Assembly (NCBI GenBank): GCA_030295235.1
Contig: AP026162.1
Span: forward strand, 124,001 to 188,000
DNA: 64,000 nucleotides
Source of the DNA: Fistulifera solaris
Lineage: Eukaryota
Reading direction: 5' to 3'
This document shows, piece by piece, positions 63,549 to 64,000 of this stretch. The first letter of the stretch is position 1; every line of letters begins with the position of its first letter. A model generated the notes under the pieces. That model was not told where the DNA came from. It ran no database searches and saw nothing but the letters and a program-made list of their open reading frames with translations. Made by a program: the position numbers and the translations under genes.

Positions 63549-64000
63549 TGTGTGTCGACTGCTGTTTGAAAAGAGTAAATTTGTCGGTAAGAAAGTGAAT
63601 GATTCGACGCAGATACTTCGTTTCAATCAACAACAACAACAAGGATTGCGTGTCGTCAGTGGGTCGATCTCTTTTTGTTGCTGATCGGATGTTTTTGCTC
63701 CTTCCTCCCTCCAAACGTCAAGTTCAACTTCCGGGTTAGTGAAATGTCGCATTACGTCGTTCTCGTGAATAAAAAGACATCGCTGCTGTCACGGGAACGG
63801 AAAATGACTTTTTCCGGAACGAACGCGATGTTGTAGCTTTGCATTCAGTCCAACATATCCCTTCGACTGCTTGTTCATTATTTATTTCTTTTTCTTTGAG
63901 CTACACCATGTTAAGAAGACACCATACGCCTACGCAGCCGACTTCCACGTCCTCCCGGACGGCCAAATCACGCATTACGGCACGCACCCGTCGACCGGGT

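Overview
This is eukaryotic nuclear DNA, most likely from a diatom: genes are compact with short GT-AG introns, several carry bipartite signal + 'AF' plastid presequences, and LCIP63-type iota carbonic anhydrases are present. Many genes are broken by 1-bp losses in homopolymer runs, which looks like an unpolished long-read assembly rather than real decay. Housekeeping genes: CHD remodeller, ankyrin protein, ATM1/ABCB7, sepiapterin reductase-like SDR, TDP2-like, acyl-CoA thioesterase, plant-type tRNA ligase, dynactin p62, mitochondrial Lon, SRR1-like, a probable FANCD2-like protein and ALAD/HemB. There are two gene-family expansions. (1) Six secreted bacterial-like S1 serine proteases, each with a Pro-rich stalk and a variable basic cystine-knot-like tip. 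(2) Three iota-CA paralogues with apparently different targeting (plastid 4-domain, plastid plus hydrophobic tail, mitochondrial-like), whose promoters are rich in TGACGT/ACGTCA (CCRE-like) motifs. One of them sits head-to-head with a COG0523 metallochaperone GTPase that appears fused to a nucleoplasmin-like domain. Non-coding features include a hairpin-core 34/68-bp minisatellite found three times, always in divergent intergenic regions; a ~213/427/855-bp higher-order satellite; and a dispersed ~210-bp repeat. All homology calls come from motif recognition by eye; no searches were run.
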